A stretch of 64,000 nucleotides of DNA from Felis catus (taxonomy: Eukaryota). The stretch lies in NCBI RefSeq assembly GCF_018350175.1, contig NC_058368.1, forward strand, positions 69,876,001 to 69,940,000, in the 5' to 3' direction. Shown one piece after another: positions 12,051 through 22,939 of this stretch (position 1 is the first letter of the stretch; every line of letters begins with the position of its first letter). The translations under genes were made by a program, and so were the position numbers. A model generated the notes under the pieces. The model made no database searches, was not told the DNA's origin, and saw only the letters and a program-made list of their open reading frames with translations.

Positions 12051-12920
12051 CCGAGCCCAGCGCGCCCCGCCCCGGCCCGGCCCCCGCGCCCGCCCCCGCG
12101 GCCCGGCCGGGGACCCCGCCCCGCGCTTCCGGGAGGGGGAGGAGGCTCGCGGCCGCCCGGCGCCCTAGGCCGCAGCCGCCTGCGCCGCCGCCTGCCGGGC
12201 GGGCGGGGGTCCTGGCGGGGGTCCGAGCGCCTCCCGCGGGCCGTGCCTGGCGCCCAGCCGGCCGAGCGGAGCGGGGAGGAGGCCGGCAGACGGGTGCGGG
12301 GAAGGGGCCTCGGCCCCGGCGCCCGGCGTGGGGAGGAGGGGACCGAGTCGGAGCTGGGGTTTGGCCGCGTACCCAACCCTCATGCCCCCCCCCCCCCGAT
12401 CTCGCCCCCACCCCGGCCCGGTCCGGCCCAGCGGGCAGGGTCCCGGGCGGCGAGGGAGCGGTGAGTGCCAGCTCTGAACTCTGCCATCTTCCTGCTGCTG
12501 CAAACGAGCCCACCCCGCTCCATCTACCCCCAGGGAAATGGGCTCCAGGCGACCTCCCCGAGAACAGAGTCTGGGGCAAGGAGACCTCGGGAGAAGAGTG
12601 CCCCGCGGGGTCAGTTCAAAACTACCAGGGCGGAGCTGCTTCGGTGTCTGGGTGAAGTTTTCGACCAACCCCAGGAGGAAAGCGAGAGGGAAGAGGTCGA
12701 GAGCTGTTAATTCCCAGTGCTTTTGCTGCTTGAAAACAGCCCCACTTGGAATGCTAGGCGCTGAAAATCACTGGGGGGCTGAACCCCACCATCTCTGGGC
12801 TCCAGTCCCAGGCGGGAGCGTCGACCCAGGAGAAAGGGGAAAATGGGGGCCGGAGGGGCAAGGAGGAAGGGAAGACAATCGAAGGAAACCCGTGTCTAGA
12901 CTTATCCCGAGCCCTCTCGC

Positions 12921-12921
12921 C

Positions 12922-12970
<49 letters not shown>

Positions 12971-13000
12971 CCTCCCTCCCTCCCCCTCTCCCCCTCTCTC
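12921..13000 (+). repeat. (CT)n/(CCCT)n polypyrimidine microsatellite
   Basis: Direct reading. Confidence 0.95.
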
Positions 13001-13605
13001 GGCTGCCCGCAAAAGCCCCAGGTCCCCTCTGGGGACCAGTACTGCCTTCACTTTTTAGTGACTGCAGAGAAAAGAAGCTCCAGAAAGTATTTCACTTACA
13101 GTGACAAACAGTGGCAGCCACTGACGTGATCGGCTGCACCTCAGGTTGCTGGGACCAGGCATTCATTCATGCGCGGGAACGCCCATATTGCTGTACAGAG
13201 GTTGGACCTACAAAAAGTGAGTCCCCCGGAGATCACGAATAACTGGAGGAAACTCTAAAGTCCTCCACCGAGGTAAGGGGTGTTTATCCTCTGATGTGCC
13301 CCGGTATCCTGAGAATTTCTGTTCCCTCTGGTGCTCTGGATCAGGCGGAGTGGGGTGCTAGAGCTTAATCCCCACATTCCCTTTGGAAATGTGCATGTAT
13401 TTCCTCAGGGTCCTCCAGGATACCTCCAGATACCTTCATGGTTGTCACTGGTACATCATCTTCACTGAGTTATGAAGCCCTGCCTTCCCCAAACACTGCT
13501 AGGAGAATGTGGCAAATACAAAGTTTAGAAAAGCGTGAGCCCTGAGAACCTAAGAGCTTACCATCTTGTGTAAATTTTGTGTACCTAGTAAATGGTACTG
13601 TCAGC

Positions 13606-13935
13606 TGCACTGACAGCTCGGAGCCCGGAGCCTGCTTCAGATTCTGTGTCTCCCTCTCTCTCTCGGCCCCTTCCCTGCTCGTGCTGTCTCTCTCTCTCAA
13701 AAATAAATAAATCTTTAAAAAAAAATTTTTAAATGTTCATACTCCTGGGGCACCTGGGTGGCGCAGTTGATCGACTAACTTCAGCTCGGGTCATGATCTC
13801 ACGGTTCATGAGTTCAAGCCCCACATCGGGCTTCCTGCTGCCCGCCTGTCAGTGCAGAGCCTGCTTTGGATCTTCTGTCCCCCTCTCTCTGCCCCTCCCC
13901 TGTGTGCGCTCTGCCAAAAATAAATAAGAATTAAA
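13606..13935 (+). mobile_element. 5'-truncated Can-SINE followed by a full Can-SINE (13747-13932)
   Basis: SINE motifs; TSD AAATGTTCATA(C/T)TCCT around the second copy. Confidence 0.88.
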
Positions 13936-14420
13936 ATGTTCATATTCCTCAACTCAGAAAGGCTACTTGAAGTCACGTATCCTAAGGTTACAACCAAAAA
14001 GTACATAAGAATGGATACAAAAAGATGCATGTCGGGATAGCTATAATTGTGGGAAAACTAGGAACAGATTAAAATTTTAACAGATTTTTAAGTAAATGAC
14101 AGTATTTTTATGCAGCAAGTACTACATAGTCATTAAAAATGATGTATTACAATATTTAGTAGCATGCAAAAGTATTTTCATTATCCATTGTTAAGAAAGA
14201 AAAACACAGGGTACAAAACAAATGTATACCCTGACCTCAAGCTACTTCATATATATGAAGTTATATTTAAGTATATAATTTACATATTTATATAATGTTA
14301 TGTGTATATGCATAACCAGAGAAAAACCTGGAAATATATACACCAAGATTTAACAGTGGCTATCCTTGGAATTAAAGATGATTTGTTTTCAGTTTGTAAT
14401 CAAGCAATAAAGACCATCAT
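13935..14420 (+). mobile_element. Old L1 (L1ME-like) 3' end relic
   Basis: A-rich degenerate 3' UTR motifs such as CTGGAAATATATACACCAAGATTTAACAGTGGCTATCC. Confidence 0.6.
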
Positions 14421-16032
14421 GCTAAAGCTCTTTTGGGTTAGCGGTCAGGGCAATAACATGACAGCAAGACAAGGAGGAAGAAACAGGGCAGTGGACAGAA
14501 ATGTTTGGGCACTGAACTGAGGCATTACCATTGGAAAACTCTCAAACATTGGAGCCCAAATTGCATAACAAATAATCTTTTCCAACAAATAAGCCGTGGT
14601 GGGGGAGCGGAACATTGGACCACAATAACCTTGTATAAAAAGTAATCAGAATCCCATTTCATATCCAGAGGCTAGAGAGGCCAAGGGCATGTAGGTTATA
14701 ATGGGATACGACTTATCTGGAAACAGTGGCTTGCATTCATTAGCTGGTCTATTTCCCTATTTATTTTTCCCTGTTATTTTCCCTGTTTATCTCCTCACCA
14801 TGACTGAACTTCATTTCCTCCTTGGACCATGTTTATACCACTGAGCACGATTCTCCTTGAAAGAAAGGAAAGAAGCAAACCAAAAGTTCCTGGTCGTACT
14901 CAGTCATATACAGACATTACCCAGGATCCCCGGGGCAGTGGTCCTGTCCCTCTGTTTTAACAGAGCAGATGACTGACATCCCCCAGGATGAGATCCTGCC
15001 CAATTGCTTATTGCATCCATTCATCCATTAACACATTTTTTGAATGCCAAGTACAAGTCAGACATCTGGTTCGGCGTTGGGTCCAGGAACACTGGCTCCT
15101 CAGGTACCTCTTATCCCATTCTAGGGAAATAATCTCCCAGAATCCAAACTTCAGAATTTTACTACAGTAACACAATTGATTAAATTTAGAGTCGAAATAG
15201 CTCTAATTTCCACCAAGGAAAGAGGAGCATTATCCTGTCGTCCTCTGCGTCTTGTCACTTTGTCTCTCCACTCTCAACATATAATTACAACAGATCATCT
15301 ACTACTGTAATTTCCGAAGGAAAGATTTTGAGGGTCTCCATAGAGATTATGCATTTTCTGGTCTCCATGGAGATACTTACTAACCGATGGAATTATTTTC
15401 ATCCCCCAGCCCTCTTTGTCTTTTGTGTTGACTTAAGGATAAGAATAGGGCAATGAATTGTGATCTGACACATATTCAGGACCACAAAGGACATTTCCAT
15501 ACCCCTAGATAGAACCCCTCTGAATACAGAACCCTTGGTTATTGATTCCCCCTAAGCCAGTGAGTAGTCTTAGCCAAGCTCAAAGAGCGCAGCCGAAAAC
15601 AAGAATTCAACAATCAGTCCCTTCAATTCTCCTTCTGAGTTGAAAAGATAAACACCCCCAAATGCCACTTTATAAAGAGCAGCTAGGCAAGTAGCACATT
15701 AGCAATTTAAATGCACAGATTAAAGAAAGGGACTTACATGGTGAACTTTAAAGAGAGAAATATGAGTAACTTGGATAAGTAACTAACAGAAGGCTTGACA
15801 AATTTCTACACATGTTCAGCAGGTGAAGACACAAAAGAGGAAGGCAGATTATTAAGACTGGTATAAAGAAGCATGGTTAGCCATAGTTGATGACATGACA
15901 GCAAGAAAACATACGCTAGAGCCCCAGGGAAAGATCAGCCACATTGGCGCAAAGGAAGTGTCATTCTCTGGGTGTGGAGATAGGACCGCGAGCTCTCACA
16001 GCAACCTATGACTGGAAGTCAGTTTGAGGCCC

Positions 16033-17228
16033 TGCATTTGTCTGCCAGGGCCGCCATGAAAAAGCACCCTGGGCCGGGTGGCTTGACAGAAATGTATCTC
16101 CTCACAATTATGAAGGCTGGAGGTCGGGGGTGTCACCAAGGTTGATTCTTCTGAGGCCTCTCTCCTTGGCTTGGAGGTGCCCGTCGTCTCCCTCTGTCTG
16201 CACATCATCTTCCCTGTGCATCCTGATTTATTTTTAGAAGGACGCCTGCCATATTTGATTAGGGCTCACCCTAATGACTTCATTTTAACTTCATTCCCTC
16301 TTTTTTCTGTTTTTAAGATTTTATTTATTTTTTATTTTTTATTTTTTATTTACTTTTTTTTAAAATTTTTTTTTAACGTTTATTTATTTTTGAGACAGAG
16401 AGAGACAGAGCATGATCGGGGGAGGGGCAGAGAGAGAGGGAGTCACAGAATCGGAAACAGGCTCCAGGCTCTGAGCCATCAGCCCAGAGCCTGACACGGG
16501 GCTCGAACTCACCGACCGCGAGATCGTGACCTGGCTGAAGTCGGACGCTCAACCGACTGCGCCACTCAGGCGCCCCAAGATTTTATTTATTTTTTAAAAG
16601 TTCATTTATTTATTTTTGAGAGAGAGAGAGAGAGTGCACGCGCATGTGGGGAAGGAGCAGAGAGAGAAGAGAGAGAGAGAATCCCACCAGTGCAGAGCCG
16701 GATGCTGGGCTGAAACTCAGGAACCTTGAGGTCATGACCTGAGCGGAAGTCAGATGCTTCACTGACTGAGCCACCCAGGTGCCCCTAAAATTTTATTTTT
16801 TGAGTCATGTCTGCACCCAAGGCGGCACTCAAACTCACAAGCCTGGCATCAAGAGTCACATGCTCTTCCAACTGAGCCAGCCGGTGCCCCAAACTTAATT
16901 ACATCTCTAAAGACTTCATCTGCTGGGGTGTCTGGGTGGCTCAGTCCATTAAGGGTCCAACTTTGGCTCAGGTCATGATCTCCCGGTTGGTTTCGAGCCC
17001 CCGGTCAGGCTCTGTGCCGACAGCTCAGAGCCTGGAGCCTGCTTCCAATTCTGTGTCTTCCTCTCTCTCTGCCCCTCCCCCGCTCTCACTTTGTCTCTCA
17101 AAAATGAACATACGTTAAAAAAATTTTTTAATAAATAAAGACTCCATCTGCAACTACATCACATGCTGAGACACTGAGGGTTAAGACCCCAACATAGGAA
17201 GGGGGTGGGGCACCACTCAGGGACAACA
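16033..17228 (-). mobile_element. MLT1B-like MaLR LTR split by four Can-SINEs
   Basis: CTTCTGAGGCCTCTCTCCTTGGCTTG and GATTAGGGCTCACCCTAATGAC motifs; resumes at ~16890 and ~17138. SINEs at 16340-16576 (-, young, TSD AAGATTTTATTTATTTTT), 16600-16785 (-), 16790-16890 (-), 16925-17135 (+). Confidence 0.82.
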
Positions 17229-18364
17229 CCGCCCTTTCACTGCTGTTCTGGCCACTCACTTTATCTGGTTCCTTCAGGCTCAGCTCCATGAGTGAGGGCT
17301 TCCTTTCTCCTCTCCCAAGGCCTGGGGACCATTCTACACAGTTCACAGTTCACATTTATGCTAATAGAAATTGCTTCATATTTCCGTGGGCGTAGTCCCT
17401 AAAGTCTTTCTCATGCAGAAACTAGAGCATTAATCCCCAACCACTGAACAACCGAGGGCAGACGCAGGGAACAGAAGCACGTATTTACTCGGTAAAACAT
17501 TTCTAGTTAGAAGAAATTATCTGGAATGCATGGCAGAATCTGCCAGAAGAGAGTTCAAAAGTAATAAATACTCATTTCAGCCCAAAGGTTATACTCTAAT
17601 AAAGTCTCTTTTTCTCTCTAGTGCCTCCTCGGCCCCTGAGGATCGCTGCACTTGAAGGTACAGGATGTTTGGGGACTAAGCCCACCCCAGGCAGGGACTT
17701 TTGGTTCTACATTCCTGGGGTGGCAATTCTGGGGGCTCACACCGGGGAAGTTTAAGCTGTTTAGAAGGGAGCATTAGCACAGGCTCACTAGGAAAATTCT
17801 CATGTGCAATTTTGCCTGGCAAAAAGCCAATTAACAGAGCTTGTCACCCTCTGAGCAGCGGCCACTTGACCCTGCCAATCAGCTCATAAAGGCTTCAGTA
17901 CACAAAGCCTCATCAAGCACTGTGTGTGTGTGGATTTCTCTCCCTCCTGAGGCTGGGTTTGCGTGCAAATGTATCCAGAAAGGGCATAAATGAAATCATC
18001 CCCAGAAGGGTGATGTCATCTATCCCCCAGTCTCGGAACTACAGTGCCAGTTCTTAAAAGCCCTTGGCCCTGTTTTCTGACAAGCAAGACAAATGGTAGA
18101 AAGTGATTTTAATTTTCACTTCAAGGAGATCTAGGGAATTATGTGCTTAAGGAATGTTGTATAACCACACAAAGGTAAAATGTGCCTCTGAGTGGTAGGC
18201 ATCGGTTCCAGAATGCACACAAACAACTATGGGTGGAATCCTCATGAAAATACTGACCTAACACAACCCTGTCATCAAGGATCCACCAGAAAAAAAAAGA
18301 TTTAAGCGTGTAGCTTCATACCTTGATTTTCCAGCCCGGTTTTATTTGGTTTCCTAAGAAGCTA

Positions 18365-18890
18365 TGTTAGTGAGACTATTAGAGCTCTTTGAACGAGTGA
18401 CAGAAACCTATCTCAGACCTTCATAACCACGAAAGGGAAATTTTAGCTCAGTGATGGAAATCCATCACTGGCTTGGATAAATCCAGGAGGGCGTGTTCAA
18501 TGATGAGATCAGAACTCTTGTCTTGCCCTGACTCTCTTCTTTGCTAGCCTCTGCTTCATCCTCATGTGGGTTTTCTGGACCAGGTGTCAAGAATCTTTCT
18601 ATACGGTCCCTGTAATCCCAGAGAGAAAAGAGTAATTTTCTCTCATCCAATGTCATATACCAAAGCTAGTGGAGGGACTCAAATTTATGTACGTTCTTGT
18701 GACCAGAAAGCAAGAGAAGACACAGGGATGGTCCTTTCTAGTCCAGATAGTATGGAATGGACATACAGGACATGTCCCTATTCCTGTATAGAAGATATGT
18801 CCCATCCCTGTATAGAAGACACAGGGATGGAACAGTCTAGTCCAGGTAGTGTGCCATATGCAAGAGGCAGTTCCTGGATAGAAAGATGTC
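18365..18890 (-). mobile_element. Old MLT1 (J/K/L-like) LTR relic
   Basis: GAGTGACAGAAACC...AAAGGGAAATTTTAGCTCA and CCTCTGCTTCATCCTC resemble old MLT1 ends. Confidence 0.5.
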
Positions 18891-18892
18891 TA

Positions 18893-19125
18893 GGGCACCT
18901 GGATGGCACAGTCAGGTAAGCAACCTGACTATTGGTTTCAACTCAAGTCATGATCTCACCGTTCGTGAGTTCAAGCCCCACATCGGGCACCACGGCTGGC
19001 AGCACGGAGCCTACCTGGAATTCTTTCTCTCTCCCTCTCCTCTGCCTATCCCCCCTCCCTCTCTGCCCCTCCCCCACTTGCACTGTCTCTGTCTCTCTCA
19101 AAATAAATAAGTAAACTTAAAAAAA
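18893..19125 (+). mobile_element. Can-SINE
   Basis: GGGCACCTGGATGGCACAGTC head, (CT)n, AATAAA tail. Confidence 0.9.
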
Positions 19126-19144
19126 GAGAGAGAGAGAGAGAGAG

Positions 19145-19203
<59 letters not shown>

Positions 19204-19304
19204 GACTCCTGGCCTGAGACATTCCACCTTTGGCTGCCCAGCACATGTACACGCACGCACATGCGCGCGCGCGCACGCGCGCGCGCGCACACACACACAC
19301 ACAC
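19120..19304. repeat. (GA)n(GAAA)n microsatellite followed by a (CA)/(CG) alternating tract
   Basis: Purine-only run 19119-19205; alternating purine/pyrimidine run 19241-19304. Confidence 0.95.
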
Positions 19305-19892
19305 TTATATGCACCCAGATGTTCTCTTTTCCCATTTATGATTTCTTTTATGCACGCCTCTCCCCAACATAATACAGCCAACCCATGCATAACTATTCAT
19401 GTGCTTTTCTCTTCTCTGAAGCAAGCCAAGTGCCTTCTAATTAGGTCAACCATTCCTACTCTGGGGGCTCTGGATAATATGTATTCTTCTCTGTCAAGTC
19501 TGGATGTAGCTTTTCACAGGTCAGCAATCTACTGTGTATCTACATCGTAAATGTTAGCACGCTTAATGTGTTTAACATGAGAAAAAAAATTGATAACCAC
19601 CTTAAAAACTCTTCTCTGAAAAGAAGGGGAAAAAATAAGCAGGTGTCATCATGAGTCCGTAAAATACATGATATTTTCTTGGTAAATGAGGTGGTCAGGA
19701 GAGGGCCGGGTCAGCCACTGGCACTGAACTTGTCTCTGTTCTTTGAAAGGTTCTCCATATTCTGTGGCCTTCCATGGCCACCCTGGAGAGGAGCATATAT
19801 ATAGGCTGGCCTTCTGGAGTGTGCACGGCTTCAGCAGCCCACCTCTTATTGCTGAGGACTTGGGGTCCCAGGGATGGTCTTAAGTGTAGACT

Positions 19893-20450
19893 TTTCCTTC
19901 CCAACTTTCTCCTTCCCAACACCCTTAGTATCTCAGTAATTTTTCATAGGAACCCTGAGCCAAAGGAAACACTCAACAGTCCATCCAATTAACTAAGAAG
20001 CTATGTACAAGCAACTTAATAAATATTTCTGTCTTAGTAACTTAGTAGCCCTTTGAAAAAAGAACACAGTAAATTAGAAAATAATCTGTTAATTTCAGTC
20101 TTACATTACCACCATTACTTGCTAAGGGGACATATGTTCCTTTTGGACACTGTACAGCTTCTCAGACCTTAGAATGAGATTGGACATATTTCTTCAGTTC
20201 TTCAATTCTTGTTACACACTGATTTTTTATCATAGCAGCTGCCAAAATATAAGCAGTTGCTTGGATGATATACGACATCATTGAAAAGAATGTAGCATGA
20301 CCTCATGTTGAAACTGTGGACCACCTGCCAGCGTGATGTCCAACAGATGCTTAATCTGCTGTATTTCTTGAAAATTTTAAATACCCTGTGGTGCCTCTGT
20401 GAATTCTTTGCAGTATCAGGACACCTGGGGGCAGAGTTTGGGAACCATGG
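19893..20450. mobile_element. hAT-Charlie MITE (MER119-like), near complete
   Basis: CTTCCCAA...CACCCTTAGTATCTCAGTAATTTTTCA at the left end and AGTTTGGGAACCATGG at the right end; colinear with the recalled MER119 consensus. Confidence 0.78.
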
Positions 20451-20999
20451 TTTTAACAATTTAGCAATAACAGGTTTATGTTTGCCCTTGTGATAGAAGT
20501 CCCTTGAAAACTGAGTAGGAGACCAAAGCCACAAACCTGTTGAGTCAGGGTCTTGGAATCTGAACCTTTTCATTGCATTTTCTGGCCTTTTTATACCAAG
20601 AGCCTCCTGAGTGTTGGGCTGTGGCACACCAGTATGGTGAAAGTGCATGCCCATGGTCCCTGGCAAATGGGCAGTCCCAAGGCATCCAGATCCCCCGGCT
20701 GGTGGCCTCTGGAGGGAGGAGCACCGTCTTCTGTTCAGACCAGTTCATCTTACAAATACTATCTTCTTTACGTAGATATGGATGTTATAAATATTCATTC
20801 TCAGTACCTATTGCGTCCAAATTCTACAAATGACCCGGGTCCTGAAGCACAAAGAACAATTCAGCCAACTCCAAATCAAGCATCCAACAGGTCAGGGGGC
20901 ACCAGCTTCTCCAGTACAGGAACTCCTACAGCCTCCCATTCTGTCTCGCCCATGCCAATTTTTCTCTCACATCTTCCATTCCTGGTTCCAGTTTTTTAC

Positions 21000-21715
21000 T
21001 TGTCTGGACTCTGTTGGTTTCACGCAACAGAAACCCAGTTAAAATTAGCTTAAACAAGAAGTAAGTTATCTCATTTAACGGGGAAATCCAGTCTTTATAA
21101 GCCAGTCACAGTCAAGTTGAGAGAGTAAAATTGTAAAAGGTCAAGGTAGCTGCTGACAACTCAGTTTGGGGATTCAAAGAAGGTGATCAGGACTCCGTGT
21201 GCCTTTTTTAAAGAAATATTTATTTATTTTGAGAGAGAGAGAGAGCACGAGCTGGGAATGGGCAGAGAGAGAGGGAGACAGAGAATCCCAAGCAGGCTCT
21301 GCGCTGACAGCAAGGAGCCCAACACAGGGCTCGAACTCACGAACCATGAGATCATGACCTGAGCAGAAGCCGAGAGTCTGACGCTTAACTGACTGAGCAC
21401 CCCAGGCACCCCAGGACTCTGTGTGTCTTGGTATTTTGGCTCATTGGCTCCTGCTTGTGTTACTTATCAGACAGGCTCTTTCCATAGGATAGCAGGATGA
21501 TTATGTCAGCCTTAGACCTTTATCATCCTAAGGGTGTAAGAGCCCAGATTAAAGGGAGCATCCTTCATGAGAGCTCTGCCCAGAATTCATAGGGAGGATT
21601 CTGATTGGCTGGAGCAGTGGGAGGGACAGAATTATCCCATCAGAATCCAGGGACAGAGGACAGGTTTTTTTTGTGGGTGGCAGTACTCTAAATAAAGTGA
21701 CACTGAACAGACAGC
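21000..21715 (-). mobile_element. Old MLT1 (K-like) LTR relic containing a Can-SINE (21215-21412, -)
   Basis: CAACAGAAACCCAG...AGCTTAAACAAG and GGAGGATTCTGATTGGC motifs; SINE TSD CAGGACTC(C/T)GTGTG. Confidence 0.6.
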
Positions 21716-21828
21716 CCTATACCCCTTAGAGGGGGGGAACTGGAGGTTTGCTCTGAGTAGCTGCTTAATCTGACTGTGGGGAAATCTTTCTTATTAAGTT
21801 CAGGATCTTCTTAGAGAGTTGTAAGCAT

Positions 21829-22041
21829 CAGGGACTGGCAAACTTTTCCTGTAAAGGGTGGGACAGTCAATATTTTAGGTTCATGGAACATGTGATCTCT
21901 GTCACAGTTACTCAACTCCACTGTTGTATCAACAAAGTAACCACACACAATATGAATTCAAGTGAGCATAGCGGAAACTCTGTTTACAAACACAGCTGGT
22001 AAGTTAGATTTGCTCCCTGGGCAGTAGTTTGTTGACCCCTG
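21829..22041. mobile_element. MER58A-like hAT MITE
   Basis: Termini CAGGGACTGGCAAAC and GTTTGTTGACCCCTG; internal CTCTGTCACAGTTACTCAACTC. Confidence 0.85.
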
Positions 22042-22386
22042 TTCTGGATAAGTGACCTTGGAAAGTTGGGTGTATGGTCAGACCATTGCAGAGAGTTCAA
22101 ACAGGACAAGTTTAGGGGAGTACACAAAGGAGGAAAAAGAAAGTACAGTGACACTACATGGATATGTAGAGTTCACAGAAAGAGACCAAGGAGCTATCCT
22201 GGACCATATATTGTAAGTAAGTCCTTAATACATAATTGTAATTAAAGATAAAGGCAGGGTCCAAAATACATGTATAACTGGAAAGAACACAAGGAAGCAA
22301 GTTTTTGTAGGCAGGATTCAGGCCCTCTGGGAATATTACCAGTGGACCTTCACAATGAAAATTGAGTCATACCAAGAGTAACTATC

Positions 22387-22661
22387 GGGGTGCCTGCGTG
22401 GCTCTGTCTGGTAAGCATCCGATTCTTGATCTCAGCTTAGGTCTTGATGTCAGGGTTGTAGCTTGAAGCCCCATGTTGGGCTCTGTGCTGAGCATGAAGC
22501 CTATTTAAAAAAAAAAAAAAAAAAAAAAAGAACATGCTGAATTTGGGTGGCTCAGTCAGTTAAGCGTCCGACTCTTGGTTTTGGCTCAAGTGATGATCTC
22601 ATGGCTTTTTGGGTTCGAGATCCACATTGGGCTCTGTGCTGGCAGCGTGGAGCCTGCTTGG

Positions 22662-22701
<40 letters not shown>

Positions 22702-22760
22702 CCTCCCCCACTCTCTCAGTCTCTATCTCTCTCAAAATAAATAAATATTTAAAAAAGAAT
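22387..22760 (+). mobile_element. Two tandem Can-SINEs
   Basis: Heads at 22387 and ~22544, A tails. Confidence 0.88.
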
Positions 22761-22939
22761 ACCTATGAAGAGTCGTGAACTCCTTAAGGTGAGGATCCAA
22801 GTGTAATTTTTTACCTTGTGACCCCAAAAGTGTTTCTGGTGTGGGGATACAGAAGAATATAATAAATATTTGTTTATGCATGTCAGAAACAGGTAAGTTT
22901 AAAAATAAAAATTCTATTATTTAGAAAGTGCTTAAAGAT

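Larger units (their letters stand above)
10900..12650. promoter_or_regulatory. CpG island / TATA-less STK24 promoter with Sp/KLF GC boxes
   Basis: Very high GC and CpG density; repeated CCCCGCCC boxes at ~12065-12125; ETS core CACTTCCTG at 11678-11686; no SINEs between ~9270 and ~13600. Confidence 0.93.

Noticed and set aside
10966..13104. Long overlapping ORFs (up to 400 aa) on both strands of the CpG island
   Set aside because: Pro/Arg/Gly/Ala-rich products expected from stop-codon scarcity in GC-rich DNA; the real coding part is the 42-nt STK24 exon.
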